Shown here one piece after another: positions 8,296 through 19,070 of a stretch of DNA of 64,000 bases (within the stretch, counting starts at the first letter, position 1; each line of letters opens with the position of its first letter). Origin of the DNA: an uncultured Bacillota bacterium. GTDB lineage: Bacteria; Bacillota; Clostridia; Christensenellales; UBA1242. The translations under genes were made by a program, and so were the position numbers. The stretch lies in assembly GCA_900544595.1 (NCBI GenBank), contig UQVQ01000002.1, forward strand, positions 8,756-72,755, given 5' to 3'. Under the pieces are notes generated by a model. That model saw only the letters and a program-made list of their open reading frames with translations, searched no databases and was not told where the DNA came from.

Positions 8296-11200
8296 TTATT
8301 TAATTTTGATTATTTTAAAGTTCCTTAAACTTAACAAATAAATCTCGTCAATATCTTTTCCAAGAGCTTTTTGGGCGGCAAAAGCATAAGTTAAAAGTTG
8401 CTTTTTATATTTTGAAACAAGCTTTTCTTCGTTTGTAATTGACGTGTATTTATAGTCAATTAAAATGTTTTTTTCGCCAACAAAAATTAAATCTAATTTC
8501 CCTTGGATTAAAATCTTTTCTTCTTCACCTTCCCCAAAAATTTCTTTTGGGCTTGCATAAATCATAAACTGTTTTTCTTTAAACACCTTCCCATTTTTTG
8601 GCAAAACTTCGCGAAGAAGAGAAATGTTTTTCAAAACAGTTTTTGAAAGGTCTGTTTCAGGAATTTTTGTTTGTTTTTTTGAAAGAACTTCAACGTCGTT
8701 TGAAAGAGTTTCACTTTCAAAATCAACTTTTTCCAAAATTTCATGAACAATTGTTCCTTCTTCTGGCGTTGAGATTTCGCTTAAATGTTCGCTAACATAA
8801 AATTTGTTTGGAAGAGAATTTTCGCTTTCATATGGCTTAACTTCTTCGCCAAACACAACTTCACTAACAGAGGTTTTAAGAGCAAGTTTTGTTGCGTTTT
8901 CATTTGCATAAACAAAGTCAATTTTTTCTTTTGCTTTTTTCAAAATTTCAATGTTTTGAACCTCAACCTCGCGTTTCTCGTTTTTAACTTCAAAAACTTC
9001 GCAAATTTCGGCTTTAACATTTTTACAATCGGCAAGTGCGCCCAGTATATAATTTAAGTAAGTTGGCATAATAAACTCCAAGTTTGTCAATTTTGTGATA
9101 GGCTCAATTTCTTTTGAAATCTCGCCCGTTATTATAAGTTTATTTTTTGCTCTTGTGAGCGCAACATAAAGAAGACGCAAATTTTCTGCAATTTCCTTTT
9201 TCTTTGCGCGCGAATAAAGAATTTGTTTAAAAATTGAATCATAAATTTTTCTTTCGGCTTTATTATAGTTGTCAATTGCAAAGCCAAGATTTTTGTCAAT
9301 TTTAAGGTCGTCCGTTTCTGGCTTTGTTTTTGTTAAATCTTTGCCCGTTTCGCCCAAAATAACAACAGGAAATTCGAGCCCCTTGCTTGCGTGAATTGTT
9401 GTTATTAAAACTGCGTTATCGTCGCATTTTTTCAAACTTGCCGTTTTAAGATTTGAAATGCTTGTTAAATATGAAACCAATCCAAAAAGGTTAAATTCAA
9501 ATCCACTTTGCTGAACATATTTCAAAAATTGTTTAAGCCTTTCCCCTCTTTCTTTTCCGCCTTTAAGCGAAAGAACAAACTCAAAAAATTTTGTTTCATA
9601 AAAAAGATTTTCAAGAGCCGCACTTGCTCCGTTTGTTTGAATTTCAAAATTTAATCTATCAAGAAGAGAGTTGAATTTTTGAATTTTAACAGAGATTTCG
9701 TTGGAATTTTCTTTTGAATATTCCAAAACTTTTTCAAAGAAAAATTCTTTGTTTGAAAAAAGTTTAATTTTTGCAAGCTCGTCAAACGAAAACATACCAA
9801 AATGGGAAGCCATTACCGCCGCCAACGCGAAATCATCGTTTCGATTAAGACAAAGTTTTAAAATTGAAATAACCAAACAAACTTCTTTCGACGAAAGAAG
9901 GTCGAACTCATCGTTAACAATGAACGGAACGTTGTTTTCAAGAAAAAGCGAAACTAAATCAACAAGCAAATTCGAACGATTTTTAACCAAGATTGCAATG
10001 TCGCCAAAATTAACTTTTTTCTCTTCCCCATCTAAAACAATTCTTTCATTTATTACATTATTAACTACTTTCAAAATTGCCTTTGATTCCAAACTGTAAT
10101 TCTTAAAATTTCTTTTTGAATTAAGAACTTTAAAAACCTCGCTTGGCGCTTCTTCTTTTTCTTTTTCCTCTTTCAAAACTTTAACAATCTTAACGCTGCT
10201 TCCTTCGCAAGAGTTATCACTTTCCCCTTTAAACATTGCGTTTTTTTCATAGTTAATTCCGCAACTTTTTTCGGTCATCAAAACTTTGAAAACATCGTTA
10301 TCAAAATCAAGAATTTCTTTGTTTGTTCTGAAATTACAGTTAAGCGGAAGCGATTGCTTTTCCTTTGCCGTTTCAAATTCCTTGCAAATGTCAACAAAAA
10401 TTTCAACATCCGATTGCCTAAACGCATAAATGCTTTGCTTTGCATCGCCAACAAAAAGAACATTGTTGTTTTTTGAAATCTTTTTTAAAATTGCATATTG
10501 CATTGGGTTAATATCTTGGAATTCGTCAACGAAAATTTTCTCATAGCCGTTCCTAATTTCATTGCAAATTTCGTCGTTTTCCAAAATCTTTGCGCAAAAA
10601 GTTTCAAGGTCGGAAAAATCAAACGCCCCAAGTTCTCTTTTTTTCTCGTCTAAAAGATTTTTATAGTCGCAATATAAATTAACAAGCGAAGTTATGTTTT
10701 CTTTGCAACTTTCAAACGACGAAACAATGTTGTCATATGTTCCAAAATCAAACGCTTTAATCTTTTTAATATAGTCGCCAAGTTCTTCTTTCGCCTCTTT
10801 AACATCTTGGAAAGTTTGAGTTTCTGGAACCTGCGATTTCAAAAGTTTTGGAAGAGAAAACTCGTCCGAAACAAATTCTAACAAGTTTTCATTCTTGCAA
10901 TTTAAGAGTTCGTCAATTTTTAAGTTGCATAAGTTAATGTGCTTGCAAAGCTCTTTTTCATCAAAAATGCTTGCCTTTTCCAAAAGCAAATTAAGTTTAT
11001 TTTTAAAATATGAAACATTGTTTTTAATTTCGCCAAAAAATGTTGAAAGGGTTTCATCTTTGTTTTCATACAAACTTCTTGAAACTTTTTCAAGCCAAAC
11101 TTTGGGTTGATATTGCGAAGAAAGAAAGTTATCAATTTTAAAAATTCTCTCTTTAATTGCCCTGTCGCTTCTCTTTTTCCCAAGAACATCGCAAAGTTCC

Positions 11201-11655
11201 AAATATTTTTCAAAAGACTCTTTTTTAAGTTTTTGAGCAGCCTCCAAAAACGCTTCGTCTTTAAGAGAAAGCAATTTTTCATTTGAAAGGATTTCGAATT
11301 CAGGTTGAATTCCAACTATGTAGAAATATTTTTTAACAATTTTTTCATAGAAAGAGTGGAAAGTTGAAATATCGGCTTCCAAAACAGAATCAATTTCGCT
11401 TGCAAATTCAACACGCCCCGTTTTTTCAACAAGTTCGCCAAGTTTTGAAAGAAGCCTTTGTTTCATTTGCGCCGCGGCTTGATTGGTGAAAGTAAGCGCT
11501 AATATATTTTTAACTTTAACGCCTTGCATAAGATATTTTAGAACTTTTTCAATCATAACAGTTGTTTTTCCGCTTCCCGCCGAAGCCGAAACAATTGCGC
11601 TTTCGCCGTCAAGGTCTAAAACTCTTTCTTGTTCCTCAATCTTTTTCCTTTCCAT
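8296..11655 (-). CDS. addA: ATP-dependent helicase/nuclease subunit A (AddA/RexA)
   Basis: UvrD-like Walker A (ASAGSGKTT) and a C-terminal RecB-type nuclease motif (GKLDLIF...LIDYKYT). An AAGGAAG SD is present. It lies directly downstream of addB. Confidence 0.9.
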   Translation of the reverse strand: MERKKIEEQERVLDLDGESAIVSASAGSGKTTVMIEKVLKYLMQGVKVKNILALTFTNQAAAQMKQRLLSKLGELVEKTGRVEFASEIDSVLEADISTFHSFYEKIVKKYFYIVGIQPEFEILSNEKLLSLKDEAFLEAAQKLKKESFEKYLELCDVLGKKRSDRAIKERIFKIDNFLSSQYQPKVWLEKVSRSLYENKDETLSTFFGEIKNNVSYFKNKLNLLLEKASIFDEKELCKHINLCNLKIDELLNCKNENLLEFVSDEFSLPKLLKSQVPETQTFQDVKEAKEELGDYIKKIKAFDFGTYDNIVSSFESCKENITSLVNLYCDYKNLLDEKKRELGAFDFSDLETFCAKILENDEICNEIRNGYEKIFVDEFQDINPMQYAILKKISKNNNVLFVGDAKQSIYAFRQSDVEIFVDICKEFETAKEKQSLPLNCNFRTNKEILDFDNDVFKVLMTEKSCGINYEKNAMFKGESDNSCEGSSVKIVKVLKEEKEKEEAPSEVFKVLNSKRNFKNYSLESKAILKVVNNVINERIVLDGEEKKVNFGDIAILVKNRSNLLVDLVSLFLENNVPFIVNDEFDLLSSKEVCLVISILKLCLNRNDDFALAAVMASHFGMFSFDELAKIKLFSNKEFFFEKVLEYSKENSNEISVKIQKFNSLLDRLNFEIQTNGASAALENLFYETKFFEFVLSLKGGKERGERLKQFLKYVQQSGFEFNLFGLVSYLTSISNLKTASLKKCDDNAVLITTIHASKGLEFPVVILGETGKDLTKTKPETDDLKIDKNLGFAIDNYNKAERKIYDSIFKQILYSRAKKKEIAENLRLLYVALTRAKNKLIITGEISKEIEPITKLTNLEFIMPTYLNYILGALADCKNVKAEICEVFEVKNEKREVEVQNIEILKKAKEKIDFVYANENATKLALKTSVSEVVFGEEVKPYESENSLPNKFYVSEHLSEISTPEEGTIVHEILEKVDFESETLSNDVEVLSKKQTKIPETDLSKTVLKNISLLREVLPKNGKVFKEKQFMIYASPKEIFGEGEEEKILIQGKLDLIFVGEKNILIDYKYTSITNEEKLVSKYKKQLLTYAFAAQKALGKDIDEIYLLSLRNFKIIKIK

Positions 11656-11679
11656 TTTTCTTCCTTTATAATTCGACTT

Positions 11680-14600
11680 TTAATTTTGGTTCAATATGCC
11701 GATGAAATCCGCCTGGGAAAGCTCTTTCCCGCTGTCCCTTTGCTGCTCTCTTTCATCTTGCTTAAACGAGCAAATTCCAAAGAACGGACAATTTTTGCAA
11801 ACATATCCTTCAATTGGCTTTGCTGGAATTTCGCCGCTTAAAATTTCTTTTTCTGCACTTGAAAGCAAAAGTTTAACATACTCAATTGCCGCCTCAAATC
11901 CTTCTTTTGAAAAAACATTTTTTGTTGTTGAAAGAACAAGACAATCTGCCGTGGATTTTGGCGAAAGTCTAAGCGCAACAATGCTGCTTTGTGTTTTGCT
12001 TCCAAATCGCCTGTCAAGTGCCTTTAAAACACCTTGCTCGCCAAGAACAAAACCTTCAAGTTTAAATTTCTTTGAAGCAGATTTCGAAAAATCTCCGCCA
12101 ATTGGAAGATAGAACCCTCCGGCAAGCTCTTTCGAAAATTTTTGTTGCATGGCAATTAAATAAATGAAAAGTTGAAGTTCAATTCCATTATAAACCGCCC
12201 TCAAACTCTTTTTAACTTCCCCGCTTTTATAATCAACAACGCGAAGATAGTTTTCGCAAAAATCAACACGGTCAACAATTCCAAAAAGCGATTTTTCGTT
12301 AAGCGGAATTTCAAAACCTTGTTCCATAAATTTTGCAACAAATCCCGAAAATTTTTGTTCGCACGAAACGCTTTCAAAAAGCATTTTCGTTTCTTTTTTA
12401 AGCATCTCAAAAATATGCTTATTCTTAATATTTTTTGAAAGAAGCGAAAATCTTTCGTTGTTTTTAATTATTTCATCAATTTTTTCAAGTTCAAACTCAA
12501 TTTCATCGCTTGAAAGTTCGCCAAGCCTTCCCAAATTTCTCTTAACAAAATTTTGCGCCGCAATGTGAAAATAGTTTCCTTCGTCGCGCGCGTCAAAAAC
12601 ATTTTTGGGATTTTCTTTAAGTTTAAGCCCGTGCGTGAAAAAATGTTTAAACGGACACATAAAAAATCTTTCAATTCCCGTTGGCGAAAACTTTTGATAA
12701 AGATTTTTTGCAAGCGAAATTTTTTCTTCCCTAATTTTTTCTTTCCCAAAAACCTCTTCAAATTCTTCTTTTGAAATTCGATTTTGCTTTCTAAGTTTTA
12801 AAAGTTCTTCCTTAAAATCTCGTTCGCTTTGAATGTTGAAAAAAACAAACTCATCATATGGCAAAAATTGCGCAAAGAAACTTCCAAAAATTTGAATTGG
12901 CTTTCCGTCTTTCGAAAAAATTTTTTGAAGTTCAGAAAATATAATCGACTTCTCAACTTTTTCGCCAAGTTCATTTCCGCTTGACGAAACAAAAAGTTCT
13001 TCGTTTGGCGCAATGTCAAACAAAACTTTTTGCTTGCTTCGCCTGTTAAGCATTCGAATTGTTGGCTCAATTTCCAAATTCATTTGCGAAATATCGTCGT
13101 CCGAAATCAAACCAAGATCTTTCGAAGCAAGCGGAATTTTTCCCGCGCTCGCCCCGCAAACAAACATAACATCTCGCTTTTCAAAAAACGATTTTTCTCC
13201 GCCCGCAAAAACACAATCGGTTGAAATTGGAACAGCCGAAATTTCCTTCTCGCCAAAAAGCGAAAGAAAGAGATTTGAAAATTCATCAAATGAAGTTTCA
13301 AAATCATTTGAAAGTTCGCTAATTATTCCGTCAATCTTTTTAAAAATTTGAAGATATATTTTTTCATTTTTTAAATTATTTTTTGAGAAATAATTGATTA
13401 ACTCGTCGTTTTTTTCTTTTAAATTAAATTCCGAAATAATTTCGTAAATTAAATTCGAAAAATATGAAAATGAATTAGACTTTTGCGTTTTTTGTTTAAA
13501 ATAATTAATTTTTTCAATAATATTTTTAATATTTTCAAAATTATTTGCTAATTCCTCGTTAAATTCATCGTTTAACATAGCAAGATTTTTAAGCGACGAA
13601 ATTTCCTCGCTTGGAATTGAAAGATATGGATTTAAAATAAGATTGAAAAAATCACTTTCATTTTTTGAATTTAAATAGGAAAATAATGAAACAAAAAATG
13701 TGTGAATTGGAAGAGTTGAAATTGCCCTCGACGTGTCAAGAAAAAGCGGAATGTTATATTCCTCAAAAACTCGCTCAAAAATTTGAGATGTCCCGTTTAA
13801 ATCGCCCGATAGAATGTTGAAATTCGAAAAACGCTTGTTCTTTGTTTTAACATAAAACAAAATCGTCTTTGCAATTTCTTGAATCTCTTTTTCTGGCGTT
13901 TCAAATTCCAAAAGATGAACTTTGTTTGTTTCAAGAACTTTTGGCGAAAATGAAAATAAATTTTCCAAAATGTGCGATGAAAGTGAATTTGATGTGTTTT
14001 TTAAATATGTCTTTTTAATTTCAATTTTGTTTCTTCTTGAAATTCTTGAAATCTTGTTTAAAATGTCCGCGTCGTATGTAAGCGCGTTTTTTTGATTTGA
14101 AGGCTGCGTTGCCCCAATAACAACTCGCTTCGAAAAAAGAATAAGTTTTTCCAAAATGGATTCACCTTGCGCGGTTAAACTGTCGAACCCCGCAAAGAAA
14201 AATGAACAATCTTTAACTTTCTCAAATGAAATGTTGCTTGAAAGATTTGTTAAAACATCGCTTTGGTCGGGAAACTCTTTTTTGTTTTCGTAAATTGAAA
14301 ACACCCTCGCAACCTCTTTTTGCTTTTCGCCTTGCGCGCCCTTCTCAAAATCAAAAGAAGAAATCTTGCTCGACTTAATTTGCGAAATTATGTTAAAAAG
14401 TTCGGATGCAAGTTCAATTGTTGGCTTAAAAAATTTAAACTCCCCGCTTCGAAGAATCTCATAAACCAAAAGTTTGCTCTCGTTTTGCGAAAGAACTTTT
14501 TCTTCGTTTGAAAAATATGCCGCAAGACGCGAAATCCCAAGAACCTTTATGTTAAATGAAGACGAAATTCCAAGTTGCTCAAAAACAAGTTTTTCCGCAA

Positions 14601-14745
14601 GAAGCGAAAACCTGTCTGGAACAACAACAAAATTTTCAAGTTCAAACGAACTTGAAATTTCAATTTGCGAAATAACCGCCTTCGAAACTTCGTCCAAATT
14701 GTTCCCAACAATTGCAATCGCGTTCATATATGAGAATATTAACAT
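11680..14745 (-). CDS. addB: helicase-nuclease subunit B (AddB/RexB)
   Basis: Nuclease motif GIVDRVDF...VVDYKSG and a C-terminal Fe-S cysteine cluster (CPFKHF...CKNCPFFGIC). The N-terminal P-loop is degenerate (VGNNLDEVSK). The start is uncertain (14745 or 14727). Confidence 0.85.
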   Translation of the reverse strand: MLIFSYMNAIAIVGNNLDEVSKAVISQIEISSSFELENFVVVPDRFSLLAEKLVFEQLGISSSFNIKVLGISRLAAYFSNEEKVLSQNESKLLVYEILRSGEFKFFKPTIELASELFNIISQIKSSKISSFDFEKGAQGEKQKEVARVFSIYENKKEFPDQSDVLTNLSSNISFEKVKDCSFFFAGFDSLTAQGESILEKLILFSKRVVIGATQPSNQKNALTYDADILNKISRISRRNKIEIKKTYLKNTSNSLSSHILENLFSFSPKVLETNKVHLLEFETPEKEIQEIAKTILFYVKTKNKRFSNFNILSGDLNGTSQIFERVFEEYNIPLFLDTSRAISTLPIHTFFVSLFSYLNSKNESDFFNLILNPYLSIPSEEISSLKNLAMLNDEFNEELANNFENIKNIIEKINYFKQKTQKSNSFSYFSNLIYEIISEFNLKEKNDELINYFSKNNLKNEKIYLQIFKKIDGIISELSNDFETSFDEFSNLFLSLFGEKEISAVPISTDCVFAGGEKSFFEKRDVMFVCGASAGKIPLASKDLGLISDDDISQMNLEIEPTIRMLNRRSKQKVLFDIAPNEELFVSSSGNELGEKVEKSIIFSELQKIFSKDGKPIQIFGSFFAQFLPYDEFVFFNIQSERDFKEELLKLRKQNRISKEEFEEVFGKEKIREEKISLAKNLYQKFSPTGIERFFMCPFKHFFTHGLKLKENPKNVFDARDEGNYFHIAAQNFVKRNLGRLGELSSDEIEFELEKIDEIIKNNERFSLLSKNIKNKHIFEMLKKETKMLFESVSCEQKFSGFVAKFMEQGFEIPLNEKSLFGIVDRVDFCENYLRVVDYKSGEVKKSLRAVYNGIELQLFIYLIAMQQKFSKELAGGFYLPIGGDFSKSASKKFKLEGFVLGEQGVLKALDRRFGSKTQSSIVALRLSPKSTADCLVLSTTKNVFSKEGFEAAIEYVKLLLSSAEKEILSGEIPAKPIEGYVCKNCPFFGICSFKQDEREQQRDSGKELSQADFIGILNQN

Positions 14746-14772
14746 ATTTTTTGATAAAAGTCCAAAAAAAGA

Positions 14773-14800
14773 TTGACAAATTTTTTTCGCGTGTTATAAT
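14773..14800 (+). promoter_or_regulatory. promoter of rpsU
   Basis: TTGACA, a 16-nt spacer, then TGtTATAAT (extended -10). Confidence 0.65.
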
Positions 14801-14842
14801 ATGAGCACTTTGAATTTATAAACTAAAAGGTGGTGAGATATC

Positions 14843-15025
14843 ATGACAATGGTTAAAGTTGGCGAAAACGAAAGTTTAGACAGCGCATTGAAACGCTTTA
14901 AACGCAAATGTCAACGCGACGGAATTATTGGCGACATTCGTAAAAAAGAAGCATATCTTAAACCAAGCGTTAAACGCAAAAAGAAAAGTGAAGCCGCAAG
15001 AAAACGCGCAAGAAAACGCGGCTAA
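14843..15025 (+). CDS. rpsU: 30S ribosomal protein S21
   Basis: 60 aa. [19 protein letters not shown] and a basic C-terminus match bS21. Confidence 0.95.
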   Translation: MTMVKVGENESLDSALKRFKRKCQRDGIIGDIRKKEAYLKPSVKRKKKSEAARKRARKRG

Positions 15026-15041
15026 AAATAAGTTCATAAGA

Positions 15042-15075
15042 AAACGCAAACTTAAATGTTTGCGTTTTTTGTTTT
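15042..15075 (+). terminator. intrinsic terminator of rpsU
   Basis: AAACGCAAAC-ttaaat-GTTTGCGTTT followed by a T-run. Confidence 0.85.
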
Positions 15076-15147
15076 CTTAAAATTCCCTTAACCCTCTTTC
15101 GCCTCCTCTTCCAATCTGTTAAAATTTTTTTTCTAAAAATTTGGGGG

Positions 15148-15176
15148 TTGACATTCCCCCAATTCAAATATATAAT
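15148..15176 (+). promoter_or_regulatory. consensus sigma-A promoter
   Basis: TTGACA, a 17-nt spacer, then TATAAT. The -35 element sits inside a GGGGG/CCCCC hairpin. Confidence 0.65.
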
Positions 15177-15211
15177 TAAGGTAACAATTAAAAAAAAGGA
15201 GATTTCTCAAT

Positions 15212-16198
15212 ATGAAATTGACAATAGGAAAAAAAATTACAATTGGGCTTGTAACAGCGGGACTTCTTGCCAGCGCATTTGTTGCAACATTTTTTGGCGT
15301 TAAAGCTGCAAAAGAAAAAGCTTCAGAAAAACCAGGTCCGTCCGTAACAACCCCAGTTCAACCAGACAATCCAAACATTCCAGACCAACCAGATCAACCA
15401 GATCAACCAGATCAACCAGATCAACCAGATCAACCAGACCAACCAGACCCTCCAGTAATCGAAAAAACCGAACAAGACTATATGAATGAATGCCAGGAAA
15501 GAATTGAAACAATTGCATTAGAAAAATTGCAATCAACAAGCAAACGCGGAACATTCGACAACATCAATATTTTAAAAATAAACGAACTTAACGGAAAAGT
15601 TTACTTAACAGCAGATAAAACTTTAACCGGCATTACCACAACATCTTTTTACGAACTTAATCTTGGAAAGAACTTTGAAAATTCAACTTATGAACAATCC
15701 TTGAAAATCTTAAATTCAATTTCTTCTGTAAGCGGAACAGAACTTACAACTCAAACTGTTTTACAAAAAGCAGTTTCCGAAGAACTTTACAACCAACTTT
15801 GCGACTATGTTTTAGATAAAGTTGGTCTTGAAGGCGCTCAAATCCTTAACGCAACTGAATTCACTGCCGATAATAAAGGATACACTTCAAATTTAACTTG
15901 CTTCAAGGATAATAAAATTTACACTGTAAAAGCAAATGTAATTTCTTTTGGCTCCCAAGATGAACATATTAACAACTTATTAACCGAAGGAAGAACAAAA
16001 GAAATTAAAATCACAAGTGAAGAAAGTTTTAAAGAATTCGTAACAGAGTCAACAGCACAGGCTTCGGCGCAAAGCAATGTTGTTTATTTCGACATCACTT
16101 TCCCTTCGTTCGACAGCGAAACAAACAAAGAAACAACAAAAACTTTAACTGTTCGCCAAACAAACGGCAAAGCGGACTATCGCGGCCTTTCCCTTTAA
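15212..16198 (+). CDS. N-terminally anchored surface protein with a (PDQ)n linker
   Basis: 328 aa with an N-terminal TM/signal anchor and a PDQPDQ... spacer. There is no recognisable catalytic motif. Confidence 0.7.
   Translation: MKLTIGKKITIGLVTAGLLASAFVATFFGVKAAKEKASEKPGPSVTTPVQPDNPNIPDQPDQPDQPDQPDQPDQPDQPDPPVIEKTEQDYMNECQERIETIALEKLQSTSKRGTFDNINILKINELNGKVYLTADKTLTGITTTSFYELNLGKNFENSTYEQSLKILNSISSVSGTELTTQTVLQKAVSEELYNQLCDYVLDKVGLEGAQILNATEFTADNKGYTSNLTCFKDNKIYTVKANVISFGSQDEHINNLLTEGRTKEIKITSEESFKEFVTESTAQASAQSNVVYFDITFPSFDSETNKETTKTLTVRQTNGKADYRGLSL
15380..15448. repeat. 9-bp tandem repeat (ccagaYcaa, about 7 units)
   Basis: Read directly from the sequence; it encodes the PDQ repeats. 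Confidence 0.9.
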
Positions 16199-16234
16199 TC
16201 TTTTGAAATCCCCTTAAAAACATATTTAAAACAT

Positions 16235-16270
16235 AAGCAGCCTTAAAATTCTTTTGGCTGCTTTTTATTT
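16235..16270 (+). terminator. intrinsic terminator
   Basis: AAGCAGCC...GGCTGCTT followed by a T-run. Confidence 0.8.
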
Positions 16271-16315
16271 TCTTTCTCGCCAAAAACTTTTCTTTTTTAA
16301 CAAAGGGCAAAAATC

Positions 16316-16344
16316 TTGCTATTTTTGTTTCTTTTAGATATAAT
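16316..16344 (+). promoter_or_regulatory. promoter of the lipoprotein gene
   Basis: TTGCTA, a 17-nt spacer, then TATAAT. The ATG is only 9 nt downstream and has no SD. Confidence 0.55.
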
Positions 16345-16353
16345 AAAGATAAT

Positions 16354-18273
16354 ATGAAAAAGAATGTTAAAAAACTTAATAAAAAACTTAAAGCAATTCT
16401 TTGCCTTTGCCTTGCTCTTTTGTTTTCGTTTTCGGCTTTTCTTTTTGCAGGGTGCGATAAGGACATTGGCGACATTGGCGGCGAAAGCGGCAGCGGCGGC
16501 GGGGAAAATCAAAGAACTTTCTTCGAAAACTATGTTTCAGGAATTGCCGCAGTTTATGCAAACAGCGAGAGCGGCGGCTATAGCGGGCTTTTAAATGAAA
16601 ACACTGATGAAATGCTTAAAGAAATTGTTAGCGGTTTATTAAAAAATTATGGAAGCGGCGCAAATAGCGACAAATATAAATATTCCACTAATGCTCCATT
16701 TTACGATAGCATAAGAATGTTAGTTACTGCGCCAGATGGAAACATAACTTCTAGACCCGCAGAAGTAAACAAAGAAAGACATTGGAATTGGAATTTTCAA
16801 AGCAATATGCTTTCATATAATATACTAAACTACTTAATGCCAACAAATGATGAATCTTACAGCGACTGGGTAAATAGGTTGTTAACTAGTCCAGATAACG
16901 ATGAAAAAATTAATAGTTCAGAGTATATTTTCCCAGAATACTATTCTGACATGCTTCAAATTGCACTTTATGAAATTATGCTCGGATATTCTCCTACAAC
17001 ATTACTAGTTAAAAAAGAAGATAAAGAAAATGTTGAAAATCAATATGGGGACATTATTAGAAAAGCACAAATCTTTCAAGTTGAAATTAATTATAGCTCA
17101 TGTAACGAAATAAAAAAAATTATATTATATAAATCTATTCTTAATTCTAACACTCTCATTGTAACAGAAGAAATTAACTATAAATCAGAATTAGAAAATT
17201 ATGTTACTTTACATAACTACTTAGACCAACTTAAACAAGAATATCTCTCAAAATCGCGCTATGTTGGGTTGACAAAGCAAAATGCAGATAAACTTATCGA
17301 CTATATTTTAACTGAAATAATTGGAAAAGACCTTGTTCTTCTTGATTACAATCAATATAGAAATAAACTAGTAAACTTCCGTAATTATGTTTCAACAATT
17401 GCATATCTTGTTTATTCTCAAACCTACGACGGAAGCGACGAAGATTGGGTCTACGACTTCCCAAGCGGAAACTCAACCAAAATAACATATACATTTAACC
17501 AAGAGCAAAGAGGAAACGCAAAAACAAAAGGATTACTTAACGAAAGCGAAAGAGGTTCGTTCTCGGCAAAGCCTGCAACATATGTTAAATATTTCCCAGG
17601 CGAAAGTTTCTTTGGCGACCCAGACGCAACCGACCAATTTGCCGGCAAGCCATATGCGGAATATCAGTCGATTGTTATTGTTCCTGCAATTTCGGCAGAA
17701 ACAAAAAAAGACGGCGGAATTAAACTTGAAGCAGGTTTTGTTTTCAATTTTATGACCCAAAACAAGAACCTTCGAATAATTCCAAAAGTTCGTTATTGCG
17801 TTTATAACGAAGAAACGGGAACTCAATTCTTCTATGAATTTGCTGCCGACGAAATCAACTTTAGTGGCGCTCAAAGTTTCGTTAACGCAGCAGGTCAAAC
17901 GTGCTATGAAGATGATTTTGATTTTGGCGTTGATGTTTCAAAACTCGACCCTTCGCTTGTTAAAACGCAAGTTGATTCAACGGGCTATAAAGAAACAACC
18001 TACACCGTTGGGTTCTTCAAAAACAAAGAACTTCTCGACAGCGTTGTTGACGAAACAAGACTAACAGAGCAAGCAGGTGTTCAAAATTTCTATAAGGTTG
18101 TTGAATCGAAAAACGGACACGGCGGAACAACAGTTTTAAACGAAAAACACATCAAATCGTCGTTCTTTGAAATTGTTTTCGACATTGTTAAGAGCGAAAC
18201 CGACCCAGAGAACACCGATTATAATTTCAGCCTTGTTCTTTCAAACAGTTTGCTCTACCCAGGAATTTATTAA
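16354..18273 (+). CDS. large lipoprotein, unknown function
   Basis: 639 aa with a signal peptide and lipobox (LFAGC). Confidence 0.75.
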   Translation: MKKNVKKLNKKLKAILCLCLALLFSFSAFLFAGCDKDIGDIGGESGSGGGENQRTFFENYVSGIAAVYANSESGGYSGLLNENTDEMLKEIVSGLLKNYGSGANSDKYKYSTNAPFYDSIRMLVTAPDGNITSRPAEVNKERHWNWNFQSNMLSYNILNYLMPTNDESYSDWVNRLLTSPDNDEKINSSEYIFPEYYSDMLQIALYEIMLGYSPTTLLVKKEDKENVENQYGDIIRKAQIFQVEINYSSCNEIKKIILYKSILNSNTLIVTEEINYKSELENYVTLHNYLDQLKQEYLSKSRYVGLTKQNADKLIDYILTEIIGKDLVLLDYNQYRNKLVNFRNYVSTIAYLVYSQTYDGSDEDWVYDFPSGNSTKITYTFNQEQRGNAKTKGLLNESERGSFSAKPATYVKYFPGESFFGDPDATDQFAGKPYAEYQSIVIVPAISAETKKDGGIKLEAGFVFNFMTQNKNLRIIPKVRYCVYNEETGTQFFYEFAADEINFSGAQSFVNAAGQTCYEDDFDFGVDVSKLDPSLVKTQVDSTGYKETTYTVGFFKNKELLDSVVDETRLTEQAGVQNFYKVVESKNGHGGTTVLNEKHIKSSFFEIVFDIVKSETDPENTDYNFSLVLSNSLLYPGIY

Positions 18274-18285
18274 AACCAAAAACAA

Positions 18286-18318
18286 AAACACCCCCAAAAA
18301 TTTGAGGGTGTTTTTTTA
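18286..18318. terminator. bidirectional terminator between convergent genes
   Basis: ACACCC...GGGTGT hairpin flanked by an A-run and a T-run. Confidence 0.65.
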
Positions 18319-18320
18319 AC

Positions 18321-19070
18321 TTAAAAACTTGAGGCTTTAAGGAGTTCTTTTTTAAGCCGCTCCAAAATTTTCTTTTCAATCCTTGAAATGTAACTTTGAG
18401 AAATTCCCATAAGGTCGGCAACTTCTTTTTGAGTTTTTTCCTCTTTTCCCAAAAGTCCAAAGCGCAAAATCATAATTTCCTGTTCTCTTGCGCCAAGTTT
18501 TTTAATGCTCTCCCAAAGCATTTGTTTTTCAACGCTTTGGTCAAGTTCTTTCGAAACGCTGTCCTCTTCCGTAAACAAAATGTCCGAAAGCAAAAGTTCG
18601 TTCCCGTCGCCGTCGAGGCTTAGCGGCTCGTCGAAACTAACCTCTCCTTTAACGCGGCTTGTTTTTCGAAGTTGCATCAAAATTTCGTTTTCAATGCATC
18701 TGCTTGCATATGTTGCAAGTTTAATTTGTTTATCATACTTATAAGTTTGGACGGCTTTAATAAGTCCAATTGCGCCAATTGAAATAAGGTCTTCCAAGTC
18801 CAGCCCCGTGTTCTCAAATTTTTTCGCAATGTAAACAACAAGGCGCAAGTTATGTTCAATAAGTTTTTCTTTCGCGCTGTCGTTCCCGTTTGAAAGTTCT
18901 TCAAGCAAAATTCGTTCCTCGTCGGCTTCAAGCGGCCAAGGAAGAGCGTCGTTCCCGCAAATATAGCAAACAAGGCTTTCGGCGTCTAAAAAGTTCAAAT
19001 TTTTGTTTTTTTGTTTCAAATTGTTGAAAAAAGTTCTAATTTTTCTAAGTATTTTATCGTAAATTTTCAT
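18321..19070 (-). CDS. sigE: sporulation sigma factor SigE (pro-sigma-E)
   Basis: [51 protein letters not shown] and [13 protein letters not shown] closely resemble B. subtilis SigE. It has an N-terminal pro-sequence. The ATG at 19070 follows an AAGGAG SD and overlaps the spoIIGA stop (ATGA). Confidence 0.9.
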   Translation of the reverse strand: MKIYDKILRKIRTFFNNLKQKNKNLNFLDAESLVCYICGNDALPWPLEADEERILLEELSNGNDSAKEKLIEHNLRLVVYIAKKFENTGLDLEDLISIGAIGLIKAVQTYKYDKQIKLATYASRCIENEILMQLRKTSRVKGEVSFDEPLSLDGDGNELLLSDILFTEEDSVSKELDQSVEKQMLWESIKKLGAREQEIMILRFGLLGKEEKTQKEVADLMGISQSYISRIEKKILERLKKELLKASSF

